From Limnochordia bacterium (GTDB lineage Bacteria; Bacillota; Limnochordia; DTU080), in the NCBI GenBank assembly GCA_050951545.1, contig JBMNJG010000004.1, forward strand, positions 64,001 to 128,000: a stretch of DNA of 64,000 nucleotides, written 5' to 3'. A model generated the notes under the pieces. That model was not told the origin of the DNA, did no database searches, and saw only the letters and a program-made list of their open reading frames with translations. Position numbers and translations under genes: made by a program. Shown here piece after piece: positions 31,219-40,474 of this stretch. How positions within the stretch are numbered: the first letter of the stretch is position 1; each line of letters opens with the position of its first letter.

Positions 31219-31643
31219 GGGGCCCGGGGTCGGTTACGTCGCCCAAATCGGCAAGAAGAGGGCGATGCTCACTGGTTTCACCTCCGTCAGTCCCGGACCC
31301 GGCTGGTGAGTCGGGGCCCGGGGTCGGTTACATCGCCCAAATCGGCAAGAAGGGGGCGATGCTCACTGGTTTCACCTCCGTCAGTCCCGGACCCGGCTGG
31401 TGAGTCGGGGCCCGGGGTCGGTTACATCGCCCAAATCGGCAAGAAGGGGGCGATGCTCACTCGATTTCACTTCCGTCAGTCCCGGACCCGGCTGGTGAGT
31501 CGGGGCCCGGGGTCGGTTACATCACCCAAATCGGCAAGAAGAGGGCGATCTCACCAGTTTCTCCTCCGTCAGTCCGACCCGGCTGATGAGTCGGGCCCGG
31601 GGTCGGTTACATCACCCAAATCGGCAAGAAGAGGGCGATGCTC
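31219..31643. repeat. Tandem array of about 94-bp GC-rich, hairpin-containing units (about 4.5 copies)
   Basis: Units start at about 31219, 31313, 31407, 31502 and 31593. Core gtcggttacRtcRcccaaatcggcaagaag. Confidence 0.92.
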
Positions 31644-31928
31644 CAGTGTCATCTTCGATCACAGGAGGCCGACCAGGCGACGAGGCGGGTTCTGGGCAAG
31701 GCAAGATGGCTATTGAGCGGAACATTGTGATTTCGAGGCGGTTACAGCCGGAAGCGGGGCGCCCGTTGGCGCACCACGGGCCTGCTGTTGTCACGACTTG
31801 TGCCGAGGGCACCGGGCGAGGGCATAGGGGCACCCGCTTCAACGAGCGGCAGCGAGAGGTTGCTGAAACCCCTACTGTGAAGGGGGAGAGATGATTCGAG
31901 GCTATAGCGCACTGTTCGTCGCCGTTGG

Positions 31929-33035
31929 CTACTCGCTGGCGGCGTCACTGGTGGGCGCCCAGCCACCCTTAGCCGTCTCGCGGTAGAAGCGGCTCCTCAG
32001 ATCGAGGTACCTGAGGAGTTTCTTGTTAAGGTCGCTTCGCAACGGCAGCAGTTGGCCAGCCTTGAACTTCATGGTGAGCCAGGACAGGTCCTTGGCATGG
32101 ATCACAACCAACGTGACGTTGTTCTTCTCACACAATTCACGCTTGGTCTTGTCACGTTCCATCTGCTTGGCGACCACGTCAGCCGAGAACCGTTTGGTAG
32201 GGGTGTAGTGCTGTGGCCCGTTAAACTCAAAAGCCACCGCCTCGAGGTCATAGTGGCGGTCGAGCTCCAGTAACATGCCAGTAGCCGGGTTGACTAGAAA
32301 ACGGGGAGACGCGTTGTCTTTGTGGTCATCGGAGTCGAAAATAGCCGATAGGTATTCCTGCATCAAGGCCTGTCCGAAGAACTCAGCCTCGTCGAGTCGC
32401 TGCTGCGCCGCTAGCAGTTCATCCATGTACCTGCGGGCGACCGGGTTGCAGAGGCTGAAGTAAATGGGAGCCTGCTTGTGCTCTTGCTGCATCTCCAGCC
32501 AGCCCAGCTTGGCCAGTTGTCGAGCAGCCCGCTTGACCGTCTTGGCACCTAGACTCATCATCCGGGCCACAGACGCATATGTGAACACGCCCTGCAAATT
32601 ACGGTAATCGGGCGTGGCCTGCAGTGCACCATAGACCACCTTGGCCTGAGCACTGACCTCCGTGGCGATGAGCAGCTCAGTAGGCATGACCACCCTTGGC
32701 CCCGACAGCTCTCTTGCTGGGGCCTGGTTGACGCCTGTGGGCAGATTGTACCAGCCCTCAGTGGTTAGCTTTGCCGTAGCCTTGCGGACGGTGGGTCGGG
32801 ACAAACCGGTACGAACAGCCAAGCGAGTGGGCGACAGACGAGCTCGCTGCCCCAATTCAGCGTCGAGTGTGAGGGCCAGCCAGACTACCTTATCCGTCGC
32901 TCTTAACTGGCTAGTGAGCAGCAACGAGATCGGCACGCGAACCTCTTCGATATCCAAGGGCGCCACCTCCAGCCGGAATGTCTGTCCGTCGCCCGAATAC
33001 ATGTTCGACACACTCCGGTAGAGTTCCTCCATCAA
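31929..33035 (-). CDS. Tandem winged-HTH plus Vsr/DUF559-like PD-(D/E)xK nuclease, paralog A (likely start TTG at 32957)
   Basis: Two HTH_36-like modules, and a C-terminal NPATGMLLELD...AFEFNGPQHY...RD..K..LC motif. Confidence 0.72.
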   Translation of the reverse strand: MMEELYRSVSNMYSGDGQTFRLEVAPLDIEEVRVPISLLLTSQLRATDKVVWLALTLDAELGQRARLSPTRLAVRTGLSRPTVRKATAKLTTEGWYNLPTGVNQAPARELSGPRVVMPTELLIATEVSAQAKVVYGALQATPDYRNLQGVFTYASVARMMSLGAKTVKRAARQLAKLGWLEMQQEHKQAPIYFSLCNPVARRYMDELLAAQQRLDEAEFFGQALMQEYLSAIFDSDDHKDNASPRFLVNPATGMLLELDRHYDLEAVAFEFNGPQHYTPTKRFSADVVAKQMERDKTKRELCEKNNVTLVVIHAKDLSWLTMKFKAGQLLPLRSDLNKKLLRYLDLRSRFYRETAKGGWAPTSDAASE

Positions 33036-33182
33036 AAGGTCGATTCAGACAAGACCAGGGGCGGCGTGAACCCAGCTCTTGAAAGCGAGGCGCGATGGCA
33101 CGCTTTTCAGTCGTGAAGGGTTGCATCCGGGCGTTGTGCCACCGGCCCGCCATGGCTGGGCGCGGTGGGTCGGGACACGGAC

Positions 33183-33225
33183 CCGTTATGTCATCTGATT
33201 CGGCAAGAAGCGGTCGATGCTCACC
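33183..33225. repeat. Degenerate solitary copy of the 94-bp repeat core, upstream of paralog A
   Basis: gttatgtcatctgattcggcaagaagcggtcgatgctcac aligns with the array core gttacgtcgcccaaatcggcaagaagagggcgatgctcac. Confidence 0.7.
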
Positions 33226-33623
33226 GACTTCGTATGCTAGATCCGCCGATTGTTGCGCGGGTATGTCGTCGGCCAACGGCATGCCTACCGCCCAGCCGAC
33301 CGCATAGGGGTGAACCGGGTGAAACGGGTGGACCCGTCTTTCAGGTCCGAAAGATTCTTGCCGGAGATACCTGCACGTACTCCTTCTGACAAAGAACTGC
33401 CCGCGGGCAGACAGTGGACGCTGACCACTGCGAGCTCGTCGGGCGTCGAGGCTGCCGTGCGCGCCCACTCGCCCCGAGCCAGAGGCCGTGCCCGATGCCC
33501 TTCACAGGGGAGCGCCCCGCCACGCGTGCCCACACGCCCGGCGCCAGGGGCGGCACTGACGGAGGAAAGGCGCTCGGTCAGCAAGAACACCAGAGTGATC
33601 CTGGCAGAGAAGGAGAGATGCCA

Positions 33624-34217
33624 ATGAACGTCTACGATGCCATTGTCTCTAGGCGCACGATCCGCAAGTTCAGACAGACGTCAATAGCGGAAGACACGTT
33701 GCGGAAATTGGTGGATGCTGCCCGCCTGGCACCGCAGGCAGCGAATCTTCAGCCTATCAAGTATGTGGTAGTGAACGACAAAGGCCTGCTAGATCCCATC
33801 TTTTCCACCACGAAGTGGGCTGGTTATCTTGCTCCAGAGGGAACACCGCAACCAGGGGAGCGGCCTGTCGCCTATGTGGTCGTTCTGGTTGACCGTGAGA
33901 TCCGAGACTCAGGCTACGAGACGGACGCGGGGGCGGCTGTAGAGAACCTGATACTGGCAGCCGTGGGTGAGGGTATCGGCAGTTGCTGGATCGGCTCTGT
34001 CGATCGCAATCGTGTGCGCGAGCTGCTAGATATCCCAGAGCGCTACATCATCCATACTCTGGTGGCCTTAGGGTACCCAGCTGAGTCTCCGGTAGCCATT
34101 GGTGCCGAAGGCTCTATCAGGTACTACAAGGACGAGGCGGGTACCCTGCATGTGCCCAAGCGCAGGCTCGAAGAGGTCATGTTCCGTAACCGCATGGAGC
34201 GCATAGGCGAGAAGTGA
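33624..34217 (+). CDS. Nitroreductase family protein
   Basis: SRRTIRKF, ARLAP.AANLQP, DAGAAVENL.LAA and GIGSCWIG motifs. AGGAGA RBS present. Confidence 0.9.
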   Translation: MNVYDAIVSRRTIRKFRQTSIAEDTLRKLVDAARLAPQAANLQPIKYVVVNDKGLLDPIFSTTKWAGYLAPEGTPQPGERPVAYVVVLVDREIRDSGYETDAGAAVENLILAAVGEGIGSCWIGSVDRNRVRELLDIPERYIIHTLVALGYPAESPVAIGAEGSIRYYKDEAGTLHVPKRRLEEVMFRNRMERIGEK

Positions 34218-34319
34218 GGAATTTGGATCCATTGATCGATGCCCCTATCGCGCGAAGCGAGGACCAGAGGCGGTAGGGGCATCAGTGGGCCGCGAGCCCC
34301 TCTAACGCGGCTTGTTGGG

Positions 34320-34396
34320 TGTCGCAAAGGCTGGTGGTTGGGGTGGGGTCGCTCTACGTGTACGATCTCGAGCAGCTGCTTTTCATGTTTGAACAT
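34320..34396 (-). pseudogene. N-terminal remnant of a manganese catalase-like gene
   Basis: AAGGAGG RBS, then MFKHEKQLLEIVHVERPHPN, which resembles the Mn-catalase N-terminus. Similarity stops before the EQLGG motif. Confidence 0.5.
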
Positions 34397-34544
34397 GGGT
34401 AACCTCCTTATGCCATAGACGCCGTTGTAGTCTCCGCAATAGCCTGGTATCCGATGCACTTCGGATGGAAGGTGATCGTGGACTAAGGCGGGAAAGACTC
34501 CAGCAAGGGGTGCTGGATGGCGAGCCCAGGAGGGGGCTAGGGAA

Positions 34545-34919
34545 GTGGAGATACGCCCAAACATCATTGTGGCACTGGGATACGGCAAGTACGTCAGATC
34601 GGATAAGATCGTAGGTTTGGAGCCCATTGATGAGCATGAGAACCGTGGTCCCCGAAGACGGACACGGGTGTTCGTTGAGGACCGCCCTGAACCCGTGATT
34701 GCCTCGCGTACAGAGGTTACGGTCTTGCGTGACATGGTAGAGGTGCCCCGCGAACTAGTGGAAGCGCGCGGTGCGATTGAGCTGCTTGAAGATATCATGC
34801 AGGATCTGAGCGAGGTAGGCCCCATGCTTCGGCGGAGCATTCGGGATGAGGCTGGCCTTGACATTGATACCATTATCCGGCGCATACGCGGGGTGATCGG
34901 TCGTGAAGCCGAAGACTGA
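34545..34919 (+). CDS. Small protein, possibly RemA/DUF370-like
   Basis: GYGKYVRSDKIV and RRTRVFV resemble RemA motifs. Good RBS. Confidence 0.5.
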   Translation: MEIRPNIIVALGYGKYVRSDKIVGLEPIDEHENRGPRRRTRVFVEDRPEPVIASRTEVTVLRDMVEVPRELVEARGAIELLEDIMQDLSEVGPMLRRSIRDEAGLDIDTIIRRIRGVIGREAED

Positions 34920-35148
34920 CCCAGTTTGCAGCGTACCGTGGTCATAGTGCAAGAACACGCTTGGCTCGCGCAACCACGCCCCGACAGGTGGCCGCAGTCT
35001 TTGTCCGGCGGCGATTTCCTCCCAGCCTCGGAAGGCGAAGCCGGTGAGCATCGGCTGAGTCTCGCCGCACCGGTGAACGTCGCCGAAGCAGACAAGAGGA
35101 CTGCCTGAAGAGCAGCCCTCTTGTCACCAGCTGGTATCTGACTGGTTG

Positions 35149-35664
35149 TCAGGATCGGTCGCGGATTTTCGTCGACTTGGCGCCCTTGCTACGAAGGATG
35201 CTAGCAGCTTCTTCGGCACGTGACTGGTCGGTTTCGACTACCGCAAGGGTGCTGCCTCCTCTGATCTCGTTTTCGATGTCACGACCTTCATTTTCCGGAA
35301 TGCCGAGATCGATCAAGCCACCCGCCAAACCTCCGGTCAGCGCTCCGCCTAAGGTCGCAGCTAAGGGACCCATAGCGACGATTGGGCCAATTCCGGGAAT
35401 CGCCAGAGCGCCAGCACTTAGCGCAAGTCCCGTGGCGCCTCCCAAAGCTCCGCCCCAGGTGGTGCCGCTGCTCACATCGCTGTCGATACCGATGTCGCCT
35501 GTCTCGAAGTCGTTTCCGGAACGGTCTTTACCTGCACCACCGCCTGATCGCTCATCCTTGGCGATCAGGGATATCTCCTCATGGTTGAAGTTTTTTGCAC
35601 GCAGTTCGCTGACTGCCTCTTCGGCTTGCTGCCTTGAATCGAATAGACCAACCACAGTCTTCAA
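35149..35664 (-). CDS. General stress protein (YflT/17M-like, Gly-rich membrane hairpin)
   Basis: MKTVVGLFDS...AEEAV.EL and GALAIPGIGPIVA.GPL motifs. GAGGAGG RBS present. Confidence 0.8.
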   Translation of the reverse strand: MKTVVGLFDSRQQAEEAVSELRAKNFNHEEISLIAKDERSGGGAGKDRSGNDFETGDIGIDSDVSSGTTWGGALGGATGLALSAGALAIPGIGPIVAMGPLAATLGGALTGGLAGGLIDLGIPENEGRDIENEIRGGSTLAVVETDQSRAEEAASILRSKGAKSTKIRDRS

Positions 35665-35820
35665 CGCACATCCTCCTCACATTGGGTGCTCGTCGATTGC
35701 CTGGGCACCTATTGGAGTGTCCTTGCTTAGAGTCCCAACTCTGCCGTTTTCCATACCCACTATCTGCAGGTGTTGGCCAGTACAGGCGGTTAGGCTCTCG
35801 AGGATGCGCAGAGAGAGTGT

Positions 35821-37014
35821 CTACTTCCTACCGAGCTCGGTTCGAACTAGCTGGTCGATGAGTATCTGTGTCTCCTGGGGCGAGCGCGTTCCTTGCATCA
35901 TCTGTGAAAGGAATGTGTGGGTTGTGGGGTAGATGCTTGGCCATCTCCCGTTCATGGTAGAGCGATGGATAGAACCGCCTTCGGTCACTGTCTGCATAAT
36001 CACCTCAGGCCTGGCGTTGGCATGCTGACCACCGAAGTAGCGCTGGGCCCAAGGCTTCAGGTTGGCGATGGCTCCAGGCACACGCCCCGTAGCCAAGACC
36101 CACTTCCAGTTATTGTCCGGTTGAGAGATCCAGCGGAAGAACCCCCAGACCTCCTCTTTATGTCTGGAACCGCTGAACATGCCAAACCCCATGGGGATAT
36201 AGGTAGCCACGGGCTCGTCGATGGGTCTTGGGTTAGCCATGAATGCCCAATCGACGTCGAATTGCAGCATGGCTGGGAGGCTCCACAGACCGTAGTTGCT
36301 CATAGCTGCCGTTCCTGCTTGGAGGTTGCCTCCCATGACGCCCGCCCGAGCCAGGGTTTGCACATCCGTCAGAGCGCGACCTACGGCCTCGCTGAGCGCG
36401 GTCGATGCGGTCGCCGACTCATTCATGATGAAGCAGTCCCACCACAGAAGCCATTTGTCGAAATAGGGAAGACTTGCGAGGCCCCAACGATCGGGTATGC
36501 CATCGCCGTCGCTATCACGCGTGAGCTTGCGCGCGGCATCGCTGAACCTACGCCAGGTGAAACTGGCGTCCCTAAATTCAGCGGGAGGGGGCTCAAGGCC
36601 GCCTTCAGCAAAGCGATGGATGTTAAAGACCATGGGGTCGCCGCTGATCACCGCTGGAACTGCTAGCTGCTGGCCGTTGAAGTTAAATGCCTGAACCATG
36701 GGTTGAGGAAAGGCACTGAGGGCGCGCGGCTCTCTTTTCATGAAGGGTGTGAGGTCTTCAAGAGCTCCTGTGCCTACGTACCAGCCGATGTCGGAGCTAC
36801 CCATTGTGAAGTCGTGTACGGCCCCAGCTGACGTACGCACGAGAACCTGCTCAAACTTAGAGATCTCGCTTCCGGGCGATACCTCAAGTACGAATCTGGC
36901 ACCGGAGATGGTGGCGCTGTACTCATCAAGAAGGCTTCCGATATCTTCGGGATTGCCCACCCACATGAACAGACTGATCTCTACTGGGGCCGCGTGAGAG
37001 GCTGCAGCGAACAC
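35821..37014 (-). CDS. Sugar ABC solute-binding protein (signal peptide appears truncated)
   Basis: FTW..F...ARKLTRDSDGDG.PDRWG motif. An in-frame stop lies just upstream of the start. Confidence 0.75.
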   Translation of the reverse strand: MFAAASHAAPVEISLFMWVGNPEDIGSLLDEYSATISGARFVLEVSPGSEISKFEQVLVRTSAGAVHDFTMGSSDIGWYVGTGALEDLTPFMKREPRALSAFPQPMVQAFNFNGQQLAVPAVISGDPMVFNIHRFAEGGLEPPPAEFRDASFTWRRFSDAARKLTRDSDGDGIPDRWGLASLPYFDKWLLWWDCFIMNESATASTALSEAVGRALTDVQTLARAGVMGGNLQAGTAAMSNYGLWSLPAMLQFDVDWAFMANPRPIDEPVATYIPMGFGMFSGSRHKEEVWGFFRWISQPDNNWKWVLATGRVPGAIANLKPWAQRYFGGQHANARPEVIMQTVTEGGSIHRSTMNGRWPSIYPTTHTFLSQMMQGTRSPQETQILIDQLVRTELGRK

Positions 37015-37177
37015 TGCCCATGCCTCTCAAGAGTGCTCATTTGCCCATTCTCTCAAGAGACCCCTGACGCGACAGCTGGTACAATGGGGAATATCGGGGT
37101 GATGCCGGACGCCAACGGTCGGGGAGGCCCGACATTTATCTGGGTAAGCTAGTTGGCTAGCCGTTTGAACCTGGCGT

Positions 37178-38218
37178 CTACAGGTACCGCTCAAAGAACG
37201 AAAAGGCTTTGTTACCCGCAAAGGCGTGTCGACTTGGGTGGATGTCAGCATCTAGGACATCGGCTGCTTCAGCCGCTTCGTAGATTCGTCTGACTCCCGC
37301 ATAGCCGGCGAGCAGGTCTTGGATGTAGAAACACTCGTCGTAGATGGCCATGTCGACCAGCAATGGGCGAGGGGCGATCAAGCCTGCAATGTCGTGAGTA
37401 TCGAAGTACTTGTAGATTTCAGGCACGATCTGGGAGCCGCAGAAGTTCCCCCGCTCGATGCCAAAGCGGGCAAAGGGGTTCACGTAGCCCATGATATTCG
37501 CTGCTTTGATCCTGGGCTCCACAGCCGTAGCAAAGGCGGTCATCGTCCCTCCGAAGCTCAGCCCCATCATACCGATGCGTTGGGGGTCTATCTCGGCGCG
37601 ACTCTCTAGGTAGTCGACACAGCACTTGATGTCCCAGATGTTCAGGGTCTGGGTGTAGATGCCCAATATGGATCCCTTGATGAAGTTGAGATTGCACACA
37701 TCCCGACGACCTGGAGCATCGTTGCGCTCACCGAAACCTCGTAACTCCGGCATGATCGTCAAGAAGCCCGCTCTAGCCATCTGTTCCCCGAAGTTGTAGT
37801 TCATCAGGGCAATCTGGCGGTCATACTCGGGGCCCAAACGAATCCCAGCAACAGGATCCTTGCCAAGGTCAACAGGATGACCGTTGCAGCAGATGATCGC
37901 TGCATTCTGCCTGTTTGGCTGCATGTGTTTGGGGCGTAATACAACACAGGGGACAGAGGCGTAGGCCTCGGAGTCGAAAATGACGCGTTCACGGATGAGA
38001 GCGCCTTCCTCGATGCTGTACTCCACGTCGGGAGCAAGATCGACTGGTTTCGGAAACTCACCTAGGATCTCCAGGAACTTCTCTAGAGCCTCGGTTCGCC
38101 AGGCTTCCCAGTCCGCTCTTGATTGGCCCTGGAATGACAGTAGAGGTATCCAGTTCTGGGTCTTCTGCCTCCAATACTCTGACAAGGAGAAATATCTGTT
38201 GGCTATTGGACTCACCAT
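37178..38218 (-). CDS. Alpha/beta hydrolase (dienelactone hydrolase / acetyl esterase-like)
   Basis: RGFGER, GLSFGG nucleophile elbow, LIAPRPL and a C-terminal His. Confidence 0.85.
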   Translation of the reverse strand: MVSPIANRYFSLSEYWRQKTQNWIPLLSFQGQSRADWEAWRTEALEKFLEILGEFPKPVDLAPDVEYSIEEGALIRERVIFDSEAYASVPCVVLRPKHMQPNRQNAAIICCNGHPVDLGKDPVAGIRLGPEYDRQIALMNYNFGEQMARAGFLTIMPELRGFGERNDAPGRRDVCNLNFIKGSILGIYTQTLNIWDIKCCVDYLESRAEIDPQRIGMMGLSFGGTMTAFATAVEPRIKAANIMGYVNPFARFGIERGNFCGSQIVPEIYKYFDTHDIAGLIAPRPLLVDMAIYDECFYIQDLLAGYAGVRRIYEAAEAADVLDADIHPSRHAFAGNKAFSFFERYL

Positions 38219-38378
38219 CCTGCGATGTGGGGATCAACACTCGATTCGAGCGGCGGGCGGGCGATTCCTCTTGATCTTGCTCGGCATGCGATGTGTGAAG
38301 GAAAAGACGCTTGTCAAATGAAATGAACGCTTTGAGCGGCTTAGGTCCGATAAGTGATTGTCGAGGTGGTGCAGAATC

Positions 38379-40406
38379 ATGAGCCAATTGCGGATCGAGA
38401 AGCGGAACATGCTGGCAGGGAACCTTGGTCCCGAAAACCCCTTGCCGCCGCTTCGCCTGCCTGTTCGCAAGGCAAGCAGGCCTAAGGTGGACGAGAGCGT
38501 GCCTCAAGAGGCCCGTCGCTACTTGGGGTATGGTCTGGAAACGAGGGTGTTGCCATACAGTCTGCAGGACGCTTATGACCGTGATCGTCGCCCACGTGAT
38601 TTTCTGGTAGCTGTGTTAGAAAATGAGATTCTTCAGGCCACGTTCTTGCTAGAACACGGCGGCAGGCTCTGGTCACTAGTTCATCGGCCGTCAGGAAGAG
38701 AGTTGCTGTACAGAAACCCGGTGTTCCAGCCCGCCAACCTAGCGGTGCGTAACGCTTGGTTTAGTGGCGGTGTTGAGTGGAACGTGGGAGTGCGCGGTCA
38801 CACGCCTCTTACGTGTTCACCAGTCTTCGCGGCGCGGGTGAAGGGTGATGATGGATCACCTATCTTGCGTTTGTATGAGTGGGAACGCATCCGAGGCGTA
38901 CCCTATCAGCTCGACTTCTCACTGCCACCGGGTTCGCCATGGCTTTTTGTGCGTGTACGGCTAACAAACCCGCACGGCCACGAGATCCCCAACTACTGGT
39001 GGTCGAATATCGCCGTCCCCGAGAGCCCCGATGTGCGCGTGCTTGTGCCAGCGGATCACGCCTTTAACCATGCCTATCGTGGGGGAGTGCGCCGTGTTGC
39101 TGTTCCCTATGTGTCGGGTGTGGACGTCTCCTATCCCACCAACAACCCGGGTGCCACGGATTTCTTCTTTGACATCCCCGATGACCGCCGGCGCTGGATT
39201 GCGGCGCTTGATGGGCAGGGACGTGGCCTTATCCAGACCTCAACGCTAAGACAAAGGGGACGAAAGCTATTTGTATGGGGCATGAGTCATGGCGGTCGTC
39301 GCTGGCAGGATTTCCTTTCTATTCCGGGTCACCCCTACATTGAGATTCAGGCAGGGGTTGCTCGTACGCAGTGGGAATCCTTCCCCATGCAGCCCGGCGA
39401 GGAGATCGCATGGATGGAAGCCTACGGCCTCATGGAGGCTGATGCAGAGCTCGTGCATAGCGCTGATTGGCATCTGGCTCAGCAGGAGGTAGAGGGGCGC
39501 CTGCAGGCCATGTTGCCTGAAGCCTGGCTCGAAGAGGAACTCCGACGTACTCGGGCTGACGCCCAGAAACCACCGCAGGAGGTTGTGCATTACGGCTCGG
39601 GCTGGGGGGCGCTCGAACGTCGCAGACGCGAGCGTGCGGGTAAAGCTCCCTTTGCCTCAACCGCCCTGGTCTTTGATGATGCATCCTTGGGTAAAGATCA
39701 GTCACCATGGCTGGCGCTGCTAGAGAAAGGGGAATTACCCGTGCAGCATCCCGCAGAGCTGTGCGGGGGCTGGATGGTGCAAGTCGAGTGGCGCGAGCTT
39801 CTGGAGGAGGCCATCCGACAGGGGCGAAGTGATCACTGGTTGAGCTGGCTTCATCTTGGGGTGATGCGCTACCACGGCGGCGAAGTAGAGCCAGCACGGC
39901 AGGCCTGGCAGGAGTCCATGAGGCGGCAACCTTCGGCGTGGGCTTTGCGCAACTTGGCAGTGTTGGCTGTTCATGAGGACGATAGGGTTGCTGCTGCAGA
40001 GCTGTGGTTGCAGGCCTACCGCGAGGCGCCTGAGCTATCTTGGCTGGTAGTGGAATGTGCAAAAGGATTGCTTGACGCTGGTCGTTACGAAGACGTGGAG
40101 GGGCTTGTCGCTAGGGTGCCTGAGAGTATAGCTGCCCATGGTCGTCTACGGATCTACCGAGCCCAAGCTGCCTTCGAGACAGGCGACTTCGAAAAGGCTG
40201 AGGGGCTTCTGCGAAGTGATATTGAATTAAGCGATTTGAGAGAAGGCGAAGTGGTTCTCTCTGATCTATGGTACGCTATTCAGGAGCAACGCGTTGCAGG
40301 AGCAGAGGGCATCGCGGTGGATGAGAATCTGAGAAGGAGGGTACGGAGGGAGTCACCGTTACCACCGCACCTCGACTTCCGTATGAGTTCACAGAAGAAA
40401 GGCTAG
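38379..40406 (+). CDS. DUF5107-domain protein with TPR-like C-terminus
   Basis: LENE.L...FL...GGRLWSL, RNAWFSGGVEWN, KLFVWG and YIEIQAG motifs. Confidence 0.78.
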   Translation: MSQLRIEKRNMLAGNLGPENPLPPLRLPVRKASRPKVDESVPQEARRYLGYGLETRVLPYSLQDAYDRDRRPRDFLVAVLENEILQATFLLEHGGRLWSLVHRPSGRELLYRNPVFQPANLAVRNAWFSGGVEWNVGVRGHTPLTCSPVFAARVKGDDGSPILRLYEWERIRGVPYQLDFSLPPGSPWLFVRVRLTNPHGHEIPNYWWSNIAVPESPDVRVLVPADHAFNHAYRGGVRRVAVPYVSGVDVSYPTNNPGATDFFFDIPDDRRRWIAALDGQGRGLIQTSTLRQRGRKLFVWGMSHGGRRWQDFLSIPGHPYIEIQAGVARTQWESFPMQPGEEIAWMEAYGLMEADAELVHSADWHLAQQEVEGRLQAMLPEAWLEEELRRTRADAQKPPQEVVHYGSGWGALERRRRERAGKAPFASTALVFDDASLGKDQSPWLALLEKGELPVQHPAELCGGWMVQVEWRELLEEAIRQGRSDHWLSWLHLGVMRYHGGEVEPARQAWQESMRRQPSAWALRNLAVLAVHEDDRVAAAELWLQAYREAPELSWLVVECAKGLLDAGRYEDVEGLVARVPESIAAHGRLRIYRAQAAFETGDFEKAEGLLRSDIELSDLREGEVVLSDLWYAIQEQRVAGAEGIAVDENLRRRVRRESPLPPHLDFRMSSQKKG

Positions 40407-40474
40407 GGTTGTTTGCGGATCTCTCAAATGGGAGGGGGCATGGCAATTGTCGCTGGGACAATTGCCCGATCATT

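Noticed and set aside
31219-31643. CRISPR array interpretation of the 94-bp (and 405-bp) repeats
   Set aside because: Whole units repeat with no unique spacers, and there are no cas genes in the window.
31891-31986. Plus-strand RBS with a signal-peptide-like mini-ORF (MIRGYSALFVAVG...) as an interrupted target gene
   Set aside because: It largely overlaps the conserved C-terminus of paralog A in antisense, and no continuation is found beyond the locus.
31816-33503. Possible terminal inverted repeats around paralog A (gagggcataggggcac / gtgcccgatgcccttc)
   Set aside because: The match is short, gapped and GC-rich, with no target-site duplication and no counterpart seen at locus B.
34124-35932. 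Long antisense ORFs (34124-35095, 35177-35932 and similar elsewhere)
   Set aside because: They are shadow ORFs of real genes in GC-rich DNA, with no recognisable motifs.
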